Shown here piece after piece: positions 8,865 through 15,999 of a DNA stretch of 32,000 nucleotides. The stretch lies in the sequence record PP792980.1; one strand, given 5' to 3'. How positions within the stretch are numbered: the stretch's first letter is position 1; every line of letters begins with the position of its first letter. Source of the stretch: Klebsiella phage XDRKpn-1. The notes beneath the pieces are model-generated. The model saw only the letters and a program-made list of their open reading frames with translations, made no database searches and had not been told where the DNA came from. The position numbers and the translations under genes were made by a program.

Positions 8865-9059
8865 ATGATGAAAACGTTCGGTGAGTTCTTAACTGAATGG
8901 GATGGTCTTGCGACCGACAACAAAGAAATTGTTGAGTTTGTTGAAAAGCGTGGTGACCATTGGGTTGTGTTGGATCATACCAAAACAAAGGTTTTGGGAA
9001 CACATGACTCCAAAGAAGACGCTGAGAAGCAACTTCGAGCCATAGAAGCGAATAAATAG
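8865..9059 (+). CDS. Hypothetical small protein
   Basis: MMKTFGEFLTEWDGLATDNKEIVEFVEKRGDHW... preceded by GGTGAG. Confidence 0.6.
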   Translation: MMKTFGEFLTEWDGLATDNKEIVEFVEKRGDHWVVLDHTKTKVLGTHDSKEDAEKQLRAIEANK

Positions 9060-9144
9060 GAAGATTGGCAGAGCGGTATTGCAGCACCCTGCTAAGGTGT
9101 ACAACCGAAAGGTTGCACAGGTTCGAATCCTGTATCTTCCGCCA
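9059..9144 (+). tRNA. tRNA-Ser(GCT)
   Basis: Acceptor GGAAGAT/ATCTTCC, loop CTGCTAA, long variable arm CAACC-GAAA-GGTTG, T loop TTCGAAT, GCCA end. Confidence 0.93.
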
Positions 9145-9150
9145 TACAAA

Positions 9151-9237
9151 GGAAAGTTGGCCGAGAGGTTTAAGGCAACGGTCTTGAAAATCGTCGGGTG
9201 TAATGCCCCCTGAGTTCGAATCTCAGACTTTCCGCCA
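9151..9237 (+). tRNA. tRNA-Ser(TGA)
   Basis: Acceptor GGAAAGT/ACTTTCC, loop CTTGAAA, long variable arm, GCCA end. Confidence 0.93.
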
Positions 9238-9244
9238 AATTGAT

Positions 9245-9320
9245 GATGGTGTAGTTCAGTCGGTAGAACGGTGGACTGTTAATCCATATGTCGCAGGTTC
9301 AAGTCCTGCCACCATCGCCA
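9245..9320 (+). tRNA. tRNA-Asn(GTT)
   Basis: Acceptor GATGGTG/CACCATC, loop CTGTTAA, T loop TTCAAGT, GCCA end. Confidence 0.93.
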
Positions 9321-9326
9321 GACAAT

Positions 9327-9434
9327 GGGTGTGAAACGAAAGCGAGTAAGCACGAAGTAAGCGACCGACAAGTTCTTTGGAACAACGTCCAATAGCCGAA
9401 CGGAATCTGAAACCGACGAAAGTAGCACCCACCA
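9327..9434 (+). ncRNA. CCA-ended structured element between tRNAs, not a canonical tRNA
   Basis: GGGTGT(9327-9332) pairs with GCACCC(9425-9430), followed by ACCA. No canonical T arm or anticodon arm found. Confidence 0.35.
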
Positions 9435-9436
9435 AA

Positions 9437-9511
9437 TCTGGAACCCGGTTGATTAGCTGAGGAAGGATGGCCGATGTCCTCAAGCGTGGCCCAGAACCGG
9501 GTTCCGGACCA
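9437..9511 (+). ncRNA. Hairpin-closed RNA ending in CCA
   Basis: TCTGGAACCCGGTT(9437-9450)/AACCGGGTTCCGGA(9495-9508), 14 bp with one T.G, followed by CCA. Confidence 0.45.
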
Positions 9512-9515
9512 AATT

Positions 9516-9620
9516 GAAGTGGAGTGTTTCGAAGCGCCTTCGGAAGTGCGAATCGCGCGATAGCTGCCAATGTAAGGTTGCAGGATACAGACACCCAGGA
9601 GAGTGATTCCCACTTCATAC
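9516..9620 (+). ncRNA. Stem-closed element ending in ATAC
   Basis: GAAGTGG(9516-9522)/CCACTTC(9610-9616), internal CGAAG-CGC-CTTCG. Confidence 0.35.
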
Positions 9621-9625
9621 AAATT

Positions 9626-9686
9626 CAGAGTGTAGAGGCTACAGTAGTGCGCACCTCACGGAATGCTACACCGGACACTCTGATAC
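9626..9686 (+). ncRNA. Stem-closed element ending in ATAC
   Basis: CAGAGTGT(9626-9633)/ACACTCTG(9675-9682), perfect 8 bp. Confidence 0.35.
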
Positions 9687-9907
9687 AAACACAGTAAGCG
9701 TTGCAGCCAGCTGTGTATAAAATGGGGGTGACTCCACATCGGAAACGATGCCCCAACTACCAGAAATGGTTTGGCGCGAAGCCTGTAAAGTTCCAGGAGA
9801 TCGAACCAGAAGGCACTGGTTGCCGGTTAACCAATCGGCGTTACGACGCGGGGAGTTGGGCTACGGCAGATCAAATGCACAATCGGGTGAGAAGCCCGTC
9901 CAAATTC

Positions 9908-9991
9908 GGGGGAGTACCAGAGTGGTCAAATGGGCCTGACTGTAAATCAGGTGTTTCGGCTTCGGTAGTTCGAATCTACCCTCCCCCACCA
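9908..9991 (+). tRNA. tRNA-Tyr(GTA)
   Basis: Acceptor GGGGGAG/CTCCCCC, loop CTGTAAA, long variable region, T loop TTCGAAT, ACCA end. Confidence 0.93.
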
Positions 9992-9997
9992 AATTAT

Positions 9998-10107
9998 GAA
10001 GAGTGCTCAAGTCTTTGGGGGATCAACGGTGAGAAGCCGTGTTGTTCCTGCTGCAAGCCTTAAATGGACAGAACAGCCAGCCTGGTGACGCAGGCAACTC
10101 TTCACCA
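9998..10107 (+). ncRNA. Cloverleaf-like element ending in ACCA with non-tRNA arms
   Basis: GAAGAGT(9998-10004)/ACTCTTC(10097-10103) then ACCA; GTTGTTC(10041-10047)/GAACAGC(10071-10077) around 23 nt; GCCTG(10080-10084)/CAGGC(10091-10095). Confidence 0.45.
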
Positions 10108-10113
10108 AATTAC

Positions 10114-10187
10114 AGGAGCATAGCCAAGCGGTAAGGCAATGGGCTTTGATCCCATGATCTCAGGTTCGAATCCTGGTGCTCCTTCCA
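10114..10187 (+). tRNA. tRNA-Gln(TTG)
   Basis: Acceptor AGGAGCA/TGCTCCT, loop CTTTGAT, T loop TTCGAAT, TCCA end. Confidence 0.93.
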
Positions 10188-10193
10188 AATTAT

Positions 10194-10343
10194 GGGTGCG
10201 ACTTCCTGCGGGAACAGTAAGGTGTGCATGCCCCTGTTTCTTAATCTGGTGTTGAGGAAGAATAAATCACAGAACCGTAGGTGAAATGCACATAGCTTTC
10301 TAAGTTCTGATGACTCTGGGTTCGATTCCCGGCGCACTCTCCC
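10194..10343 (+). ncRNA. Giant tRNA-like cloverleaf (about 150 nt) with canonical acceptor and T arm, expanded D and anticodon arms
   Basis: GGGTGCG(10194-10200)/CGCACTC(10333-10339); CTTCCT(10202-10207)/AGGAAG(10255-10260); CAGAAC(10270-10275)/GTTCTG(10304-10309); CTGGG-TTCGATT-CCCGG(10316-10332). Confidence 0.55.
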
Positions 10344-10396
10344 AATAATCTGTGTAGCATAACTGCGAATAGGCCATGTGATTTTGGTCTTTATCA

Positions 10397-10426
10397 AAGC
10401 CCGGTAAGGATACCGGGCTTCTTTTT
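10397..10426 (+). terminator. Rho-independent terminator of the tRNA/ncRNA locus
   Basis: AAGCCCGGTA-AGGA-TACCGGGCTT followed by CTTTTTG. Confidence 0.9.
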
Positions 10427-10512
10427 GTCTATAATTCTGATTCTCAAATAGGTTAATCTATAACCGAATCGCGTTATAATTCAGTGTCCAACCATGAACT
10501 GAGGAAATATTG

Positions 10513-11109
10513 ATGCGCAATGTTACTATCTGGGAATTGAACGACGTGGTCGTTGACGTTCCTCCATTCGTCCGTATGTACACATACAAGGGATACAAGG
10601 GAACTCTCAATGAGTTCTTGTATCCGAACTTTGTTCACCGTGAAGATCACATCGTCCCGCGCAACCACAACACTCCGGGTAACGCCATCCCCTGTAAGTT
10701 GTTCCAGAAAGGTATGACCGTCATCATCGGGTACTCTTCACTGGATTGTATTGAGAAAGGTGACGGTATTCCCATGCTGGTGTTCAACACGTTTGAACAA
10801 GCCGTGAACTGGATGGTTCGTAACAATTACGACTACTATGGCGAAGAGAGTTCTCATGCCCGCCGCCGGAAAGTGAAAGCAGTTGATTTCTTCACTGAGC
10901 GCCGGAAATATATTGAGATCGCTCGGGACTATGAAACCATGGTGCGTAGTCGCGAAGTTCCGGTGAAACCGACTTTCCCTGAAGTGCAGACGGTAACTGA
11001 GTCTTACACGCAGCAACCAGCCCCCGAATCTAAAAAGATTTCATCCGGACGTAAGCGGGGTGGCTTTTTGTCTGAGATCCTGAAGTTCCTGGAGTTGTTC
11101 AGGAAATGA
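10513..11109 (+). CDS. Hypothetical protein
   Basis: MRNVTIWELNDVVVDVPPFVRMY... with GAGGAA upstream. Confidence 0.75.
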   Translation: MRNVTIWELNDVVVDVPPFVRMYTYKGYKGTLNEFLYPNFVHREDHIVPRNHNTPGNAIPCKLFQKGMTVIIGYSSLDCIEKGDGIPMLVFNTFEQAVNWMVRNNYDYYGEESSHARRRKVKAVDFFTERRKYIEIARDYETMVRSREVPVKPTFPEVQTVTESYTQQPAPESKKISSGRKRGGFLSEILKFLELFRK

Positions 11110-11113
11110 TAGG

Positions 11114-11149
11114 TTGGGGTGTCTCCTGAGTAAATAAGAGACACCCCAA
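11114..11149 (+). promoter_or_regulatory. 12-bp perfect hairpin in 5' leader
   Basis: TTGGGGTGTCTC/GAGACACCCCAA, immediately 5' of TGGAGAA ribosome-binding site. Confidence 0.6.
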
Positions 11150-11162
11150 ATGGAGAATTATT

Positions 11163-11672
11163 ATGAAAGCATTTTCTGATTTTATCAATAATCGTCTACA
11201 AGAAACTGACCACCCTCTCATGAAGGGTAAGACGCCGTTGTCCACGCAAGAGATGGTGAAATCATTCAACGAATACTCAGGTATCCTGTTCAAACATGCG
11301 TCTAGCAAACAAGGCGGATTGCAACGGCTTGATCACCAAATAGAGTTGGGGTATAGAACGACTGTAGGTGGTAAAACGGTTTCTGTAAATACATCATTCC
11401 GCCCTATCGACCAGGCAACCGTAAGAAAGTTGGATTTGGATAAGAATATTACTGGTGGGATGGACAACACCCACTATGAAAACTCTGAAATCATCATTGA
11501 AGTAAATGACGATGGTTACTACAAGACAATGAAGGGTAAGAACGACGGAAATGCCAAATCCATTAATGAACTGAAAAATGAGTTAAAAACAGTGGGTAGC
11601 GCTCTAAAATCTAGTAAAACTGTAGAAGACTTGGTCGGGAAATTGAAGGCCGCTGGATACAAACCATTCTAG
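11163..11672 (+). CDS. Hypothetical protein
   Basis: MKAFSDFINNRLQETDHPLMK..., Shine-Dalgarno GGAGAA. Confidence 0.75.
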   Translation: MKAFSDFINNRLQETDHPLMKGKTPLSTQEMVKSFNEYSGILFKHASSKQGGLQRLDHQIELGYRTTVGGKTVSVNTSFRPIDQATVRKLDLDKNITGGMDNTHYENSEIIIEVNDDGYYKTMKGKNDGNAKSINELKNELKTVGSALKSSKTVEDLVGKLKAAGYKPF

Positions 11673-11753
11673 ATTCAGAAAGTAACCGAGATTCTCCTTT
11701 TCTATACTCCTGTAGATACGCTATGATATGCCAATGTCTACAGGAGAAATAGA

Positions 11754-12959
11754 ATGAACAAAACCATATTCGACGTCCTTTCACTCAGTCGTGACCAGGT
11801 CCACTGGGAAGACTACCTTTACAAACACACCCCGTGTGAACTCGTTGCAAACCCCGTAACCAACCAACAGGTCTGGTTTAAACGTGAAGAATACTTCGCG
11901 CCACTGTCCCAGTACGCCAATGGTAAACAGGGCATCAACGGCAGCAAACTCCGTCAGGCTATCTGGCTCATGGTTGAGCATTTAAAGGCCGGAGGCTCCC
12001 CCGATATCATCCATGGTACTGTCGTTGGTAGTCCGCAGTCCCCTATGGCGACGGCAGTCTCTCGGCACTTCGGCGGGCATACGACTACAGTCCTGGGTGC
12101 AACCAAGCCAACCACTTGTATGAACCATGACATGGTAGCGATGTCGGCATGGTTCGGTAGCGTCTTCAATTTCGTCGGTTCTGGTTATAACAGCACCATT
12201 CAGCCTCGCTGTAAGAAGCTGATTGAACAACAGAATCCAAAGGCGTATTATCTGGAGTATGGGATCACTCTGGACCATAAATTGCATTCCCCGGAGCGCA
12301 TCGCTGGATTCCATATGCTGGGTGGTGAACAGGTCGCCAACATTCCGGATCATATTACTGATCTGATCATCCCGGCGGGTTCATGCAACTCTTGCACCAG
12401 TATTCTAACCGGGCTGGCGATGCATCCAAAACCGAATCTGAAAAATGTGTACCTCATCGGCATCGGTCCTAACCGCCTTGACTTCATTGAAAGTCGTCTG
12501 CGCATTATTGGTGAATACGCCAATTTGCCACACATTGTGGACTTTACTCGCCATTATCACGACAACCCGGATTATCTGTATGGTAAGAAGGACGCTCCAC
12601 AGTCTCCTAAGAGCGTTTCACTGCTTGGCCTGTTAGGTCGTTACGACCCGAAAGAACTGGAGAGAGCGGATGGTTCTCCGCGCTTTAATGTCCATCACTG
12701 GGATTTGCACACCACCAATTGGGTTCGTTACAACGATCTGATGGAATACCAATGGGGTGATATTGAACTTCATCCTCGCTATGAAGGCAAGGTGATGACG
12801 TGGATCCAGGAACACAAACCAGAGTTGTTGAACGAGAACTCTCTGTTCTGGATCGTTGGTAGTAAGCCGTATGTAGAACCGATGAAGGCAGCATGTCCGG
12901 AGTTGGGTGATATTCCTGGCAGTGATCACATTTTTGTCGACACATTTATACCTTCCTAA
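11754..12959 (+). CDS. PLP-dependent enzyme, fold type II (tryptophan synthase beta/ACC deaminase superfamily-like)
   Basis: WFKREEYFAPLSQYANGKQGINGSKLRQ (lysine-site-like), GTVVGSPQSPMATAVSRHFGGHTTTVLG, IIPAGSCNSCTSILTGLA; preceded by AGGAGA. Confidence 0.65.
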   Translation: MNKTIFDVLSLSRDQVHWEDYLYKHTPCELVANPVTNQQVWFKREEYFAPLSQYANGKQGINGSKLRQAIWLMVEHLKAGGSPDIIHGTVVGSPQSPMATAVSRHFGGHTTTVLGATKPTTCMNHDMVAMSAWFGSVFNFVGSGYNSTIQPRCKKLIEQQNPKAYYLEYGITLDHKLHSPERIAGFHMLGGEQVANIPDHITDLIIPAGSCNSCTSILTGLAMHPKPNLKNVYLIGIGPNRLDFIESRLRIIGEYANLPHIVDFTRHYHDNPDYLYGKKDAPQSPKSVSLLGLLGRYDPKELERADGSPRFNVHHWDLHTTNWVRYNDLMEYQWGDIELHPRYEGKVMTWIQEHKPELLNENSLFWIVGSKPYVEPMKAACPELGDIPGSDHIFVDTFIPS

Positions 12960-12981
12960 TTTGTCTTGTCCATATATGGTT

Positions 12982-13017
12982 CTCAGTGTGGCTAAATACC
13001 CCATAATCCACACTGAG
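12982..13017 (+). promoter_or_regulatory. 10-bp perfect hairpin whose 3' arm overlaps the Shine-Dalgarno sequence
   Basis: CTCAGTGTGG/CCACACTGAG followed by GATCACTGACATG. Confidence 0.5.
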
Positions 13018-13027
13018 GATCACTGAC

Positions 13028-13483
13028 ATGGCAATCTCCACTTTATTCGAATCTGAATCAATACTGGACGCTCCAATCTGGACTGGCGTTCAAGACGGCA
13101 CAACCATAGAATTTTTTGAGCGCGGGGAAACTGGCGCCGAAGAGATCTATGCGTCCGTAGAAGGCAACGACGTTGTTCGTGCTGCTATCGCCCTGGCAAC
13201 TTTCCTGGAAGACGCTCCGATTGATGGAGTTCCTTTCGAGGCACACGTCGACCCCGATGATCCGACCAGCATCATCATTACCGTTCAGGGTATGGAATAT
13301 ACGTCATACAGCATTGAGCATGACGAAGAAAGCGATGCACTTTTTATCGCCACCGACCTGCAGCTGGAAGATGATGAGATTGCTTACCTGCAACAGAATG
13401 GTAAACTGCCGGAGTATTCGGATGAAGATCTGGATACTGAATTGGCTGACGTCGATGATGACGATGATTTCTGGGACGAATAA
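13028..13483 (+). CDS. Acidic hypothetical protein
   Basis: 151-aa ORF with strongly acidic C-terminus (DVDDDDDFWDE). Confidence 0.75.
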   Translation: MAISTLFESESILDAPIWTGVQDGTTIEFFERGETGAEEIYASVEGNDVVRAAIALATFLEDAPIDGVPFEAHVDPDDPTSIIITVQGMEYTSYSIEHDEESDALFIATDLQLEDDEIAYLQQNGKLPEYSDEDLDTELADVDDDDDFWDE

Positions 13484-13485
13484 GA

Positions 13486-13505
13486 AAAGGGGCTTTCGCC
13501 CCTTT
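13486..13505 (+). terminator. Bidirectional terminator between convergent genes
   Basis: AAAGGGGC-TTTC-GCCCCTTT. Confidence 0.8.
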
Positions 13506-13507
13506 CT

Positions 13508-13714
13508 CTAACCATACCCACCGTGAGTGCCATCGTCGTCATCTTGGTCTACGGCTATTGCTAAGGTAGAGATAAACCCTATCAATAGTACTCCTCCGAT
13601 TGTGTAATATAAATCCTCCGTACCCATTAAATCACGGCACCAAAATAAAATTCCAGCGCCGGATACGCAGTCCAATAAAATGAATGCTAAGATGAATTTT
13701 GTCTTCCTATTCAT
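13508..13714 (-). CDS. Small membrane protein
   Basis: Two hydrophobic segments; start overlaps the upstream stop (TAATG). Confidence 0.65.
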   Translation of the reverse strand: MNRKTKFILAFILLDCVSGAGILFWCRDLMGTEDLYYTIGGVLLIGFISTLAIAVDQDDDDGTHGGYG

Positions 13715-14256
13715 TATTTCACCCGACGAGTAGGATATTGGTTGAAGAGTTTACCCAGGACAGAGACGTTAACAATCGTCTGTGTCTTCCAGCGCTGAAT
13801 TCCCTCTGGGGTTGTCACTGTCAGGATTGAATATCCCCAGACATGAGAACCTTCTAGGGTAGCAGCGCTATGCCCACCGATTTTGTCTTCTAATTTACAG
13901 ATGAAAGACTCATATTGCAACGCCGCATTCCGGCGGGCTTCTTCAATGAAACGGGTTTGGCGGTCTTTATCGGCCTTGACAATCTCAGGTTGTCCCGGTT
14001 GATATGTTGAAGACACGATTTGTACCAGGGAGTGATACAGAGTGTGCTTTGACTTCATCTTATTATAATCGGGATGCCCTAAACGAATCCCAACAGACGA
14101 CGGCCAGGGAGCAGCTTTGTTAATGTCCCACCCATGGGATTCCAGATCGGTCATCACTTTGGCAATAATATTGTTCGCCGAGATGACAGCGGCGTCTTCA
14201 GCCTGTGATAAGAGAGGCTCGACCGCAAGGCGCACAGCAGTTTTAGGTATTGTCAT
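13714..14256 (-). CDS. Hypothetical protein
   Basis: Start refined to MTIPKTAVRLAVEPL, preceded by AAGGACTATATT. Upstream in-frame ATG at 14271 also possible. Confidence 0.65.
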   Translation of the reverse strand: MTIPKTAVRLAVEPLLSQAEDAAVISANNIIAKVMTDLESHGWDINKAAPWPSSVGIRLGHPDYNKMKSKHTLYHSLVQIVSSTYQPGQPEIVKADKDRQTRFIEEARRNAALQYESFICKLEDKIGGHSAATLEGSHVWGYSILTVTTPEGIQRWKTQTIVNVSVLGKLFNQYPTRRVK

Positions 14257-14267
14257 AATATAGTCCT

Positions 14268-14417
14268 TCATTCAGACCGAAGACGGGCGCGGACGTAACC
14301 CATGATTAATGAAACCATGCCGTACAGCAGGATAGTCAGATCACTAGGTAAGAAATGATATTTGCCTATGTCGGCCATAGTCAGATAAGTGAAGATGATC
14401 CAAATTAAAGTTATCAT
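14268..14417 (-). CDS. Small membrane protein (49 aa), below the ORF-track cut-off
   Basis: MITLIWIIFTYLTMADIGKYHFLPSDLTILLYGMVSLIMGYVRARLRSE with AAGGAC upstream. Confidence 0.6.
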   Translation of the reverse strand: MITLIWIIFTYLTMADIGKYHFLPSDLTILLYGMVSLIMGYVRARLRSE

Positions 14418-14475
14418 GATATAGTCCTTCAATTCAAAGTTTCAAAGTAAGCCCCCGGAGGGGCTTTACCTGATA

Positions 14476-15003
14476 TTAGAGGCGGCTATCCAGCCAGGCA
14501 TTTTTCTCGTTCTGCCATTCCCAAGCGGCCTGACCACCTGCCATCAGAATTTCCAGAGGAGGGGTATTGTCGTCTTCGCCGCCGTGAAGATCCGGATCAA
14601 ACCCGTCATCTTCCGGATCATCTTCACATTCGTTCTGATATGCGGAATATTCAATCCAATGTGCTTCGGCGTCCATATCCATATCGCCCAGAGCGGCTTC
14701 AAGAGTCATTTTTCCTTCGGCAATCAGTTCGGCAGTTGCATCGTCCAGCCCGGCGTCTTTGGCTTCTACAAAACGCTCATGGCGCTTCTGGAACAGGAAG
14801 AACTGCATGGCGTCAACGTAGGAGTCAAATTTTTGTTTCATCTCTTGGCGAATACCTTTCATGATAGGATGATATACGACCATGTAACGCCCAGCAGAAA
14901 TTTTGTCGCCTTCCACAGCACCGAAGAAGTTACCGAAAACGTGGCCTTCACCTGCATCAGACAAAACTGTGTTTTTGTTTGCGGTTTCTGCTAAAATTTT
15001 CAT
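14476..15003 (-). CDS. Hypothetical protein
   Basis: Start refined to MKILAETANKNTVLSDAGEGHVFG; GAAGG upstream. Confidence 0.7.
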   Translation of the reverse strand: MKILAETANKNTVLSDAGEGHVFGNFFGAVEGDKISAGRYMVVYHPIMKGIRQEMKQKFDSYVDAMQFFLFQKRHERFVEAKDAGLDDATAELIAEGKMTLEAALGDMDMDAEAHWIEYSAYQNECEDDPEDDGFDPDLHGGEDDNTPPLEILMAGGQAAWEWQNEKNAWLDSRL

Positions 15004-15095
15004 GATGTATTTCCTTCTCTTCAGATTGTTGTTTGTTCGTACTACAATTTGAAGTATACGCCAGTTATTGAAGAAGTAAAGTTTTTCAATAATTT

Positions 15096-15308
15096 TTAAT
15101 AAATTTTGAACTCTGCTCCCCGGTATGTCGCAAACCCTCGTTCTATGAGACCATCTGGAACAATCACATTTGTGGGCCAACCACCATCTGGTGCTTTTAC
15201 TTTCAGTCTAGTTTTGTGTGAGCCGAGTTTAGTTTGTTCATAAATCCGGCCTCTTACTATCGTCGCCCCGCCCTGGGTGACGAGCAATCTCTTGTTTACC
15301 ACATCCAT
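15096..15308 (-). CDS. Hypothetical protein
   Basis: MDVVNKRLLVTQGGATIVRGRIYEQTKLGSHKTRLKVKAPDGG... Confidence 0.6.
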   Translation of the reverse strand: MDVVNKRLLVTQGGATIVRGRIYEQTKLGSHKTRLKVKAPDGGWPTNVIVPDGLIERGFATYRGAEFKIY

Positions 15309-15348
15309 TCCTTAACACCAAAAGAAAGGGGCCGAAGCCCCTTGAACA

Positions 15349-15921
15349 TTATTTCTTCAGATCAGGCCACGCACCAGAGGTCGCAGTAGACCCAGCTGGG
15401 GGAGCAGACTCAAGATCGGGAGAACCCGACTGAGTAACAACAGTGGGATCTTTGCTAACCACTTTGACGCCGAATTGTTTAAGGGCATCGACAGCTTGCG
15501 CCTTGCGGCTGTTGCTTTTAAAGTGGTTGTAGCCTTTGATACCGAATGATGCACTAATTGCTGTCAATAATGAAGCAGTATACCAATCAGGCGCGGTATC
15601 TAGGGCTTGCATGCCACCGACTACTGCTTTGATGAAATCCCCTTTATGATATTCGCCGGGGAACAAAAGCAGTTCCACAACAGGAGCTAACATAACGAGG
15701 ATCGCGGGAACCGCAAGAACGATAGTCCAGAACTCATCCTTCCAAGAACCACCAACTTCTGTGATCTTAGATAGTTCCCAGTCGGAAGACGATTTGATCG
15801 CTTCTAACTTGACATCGTGTTTGGCGCTTACAATTTCCCGCTTATATTGAATCAAATCAGTTCCCAGATTCCAGAGCTGTTTCAAAGCGCCAGGAATCAT
15901 GCTTACCAAGGGGATTGCCAT
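15349..15921 (-). CDS. Holin-like membrane protein (3-TM holin type)
   Basis: MAIPLVSMIPGALKQLWNLGTDLIQYKRE..., WKDEFWTIVLAVPAILVMLAPV and WYTASLLTAISASFGIKGYNHFK hydrophobic segments. Confidence 0.65.
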   Translation of the reverse strand: MAIPLVSMIPGALKQLWNLGTDLIQYKREIVSAKHDVKLEAIKSSSDWELSKITEVGGSWKDEFWTIVLAVPAILVMLAPVVELLLFPGEYHKGDFIKAVVGGMQALDTAPDWYTASLLTAISASFGIKGYNHFKSNSRKAQAVDALKQFGVKVVSKDPTVVTQSGSPDLESAPPAGSTATSGAWPDLKK

Positions 15922-15999
15922 ATAAACTCCTTGGTCAATGAACCCTCCTCGGCTAAATTATGGGAACGTGCTAACGGCACGGATAACCTGGAGAATACA

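Noticed and set aside
9256-10063. ORFs of 120 aa on both strands across 9256-9618 and 9701-10063
   Set aside because: They overlap tRNA-Asn, tRNA-Tyr and structured elements and have no convincing start signals.
15817-15999. Longer N-terminus of the DNA polymerase from the ORF track
   Set aside because: The ATG at 16000 has a good GGAGAA site and gives a T4 gp43-like N-terminus. The upstream extension overlaps the opposite-strand holin-like gene start.
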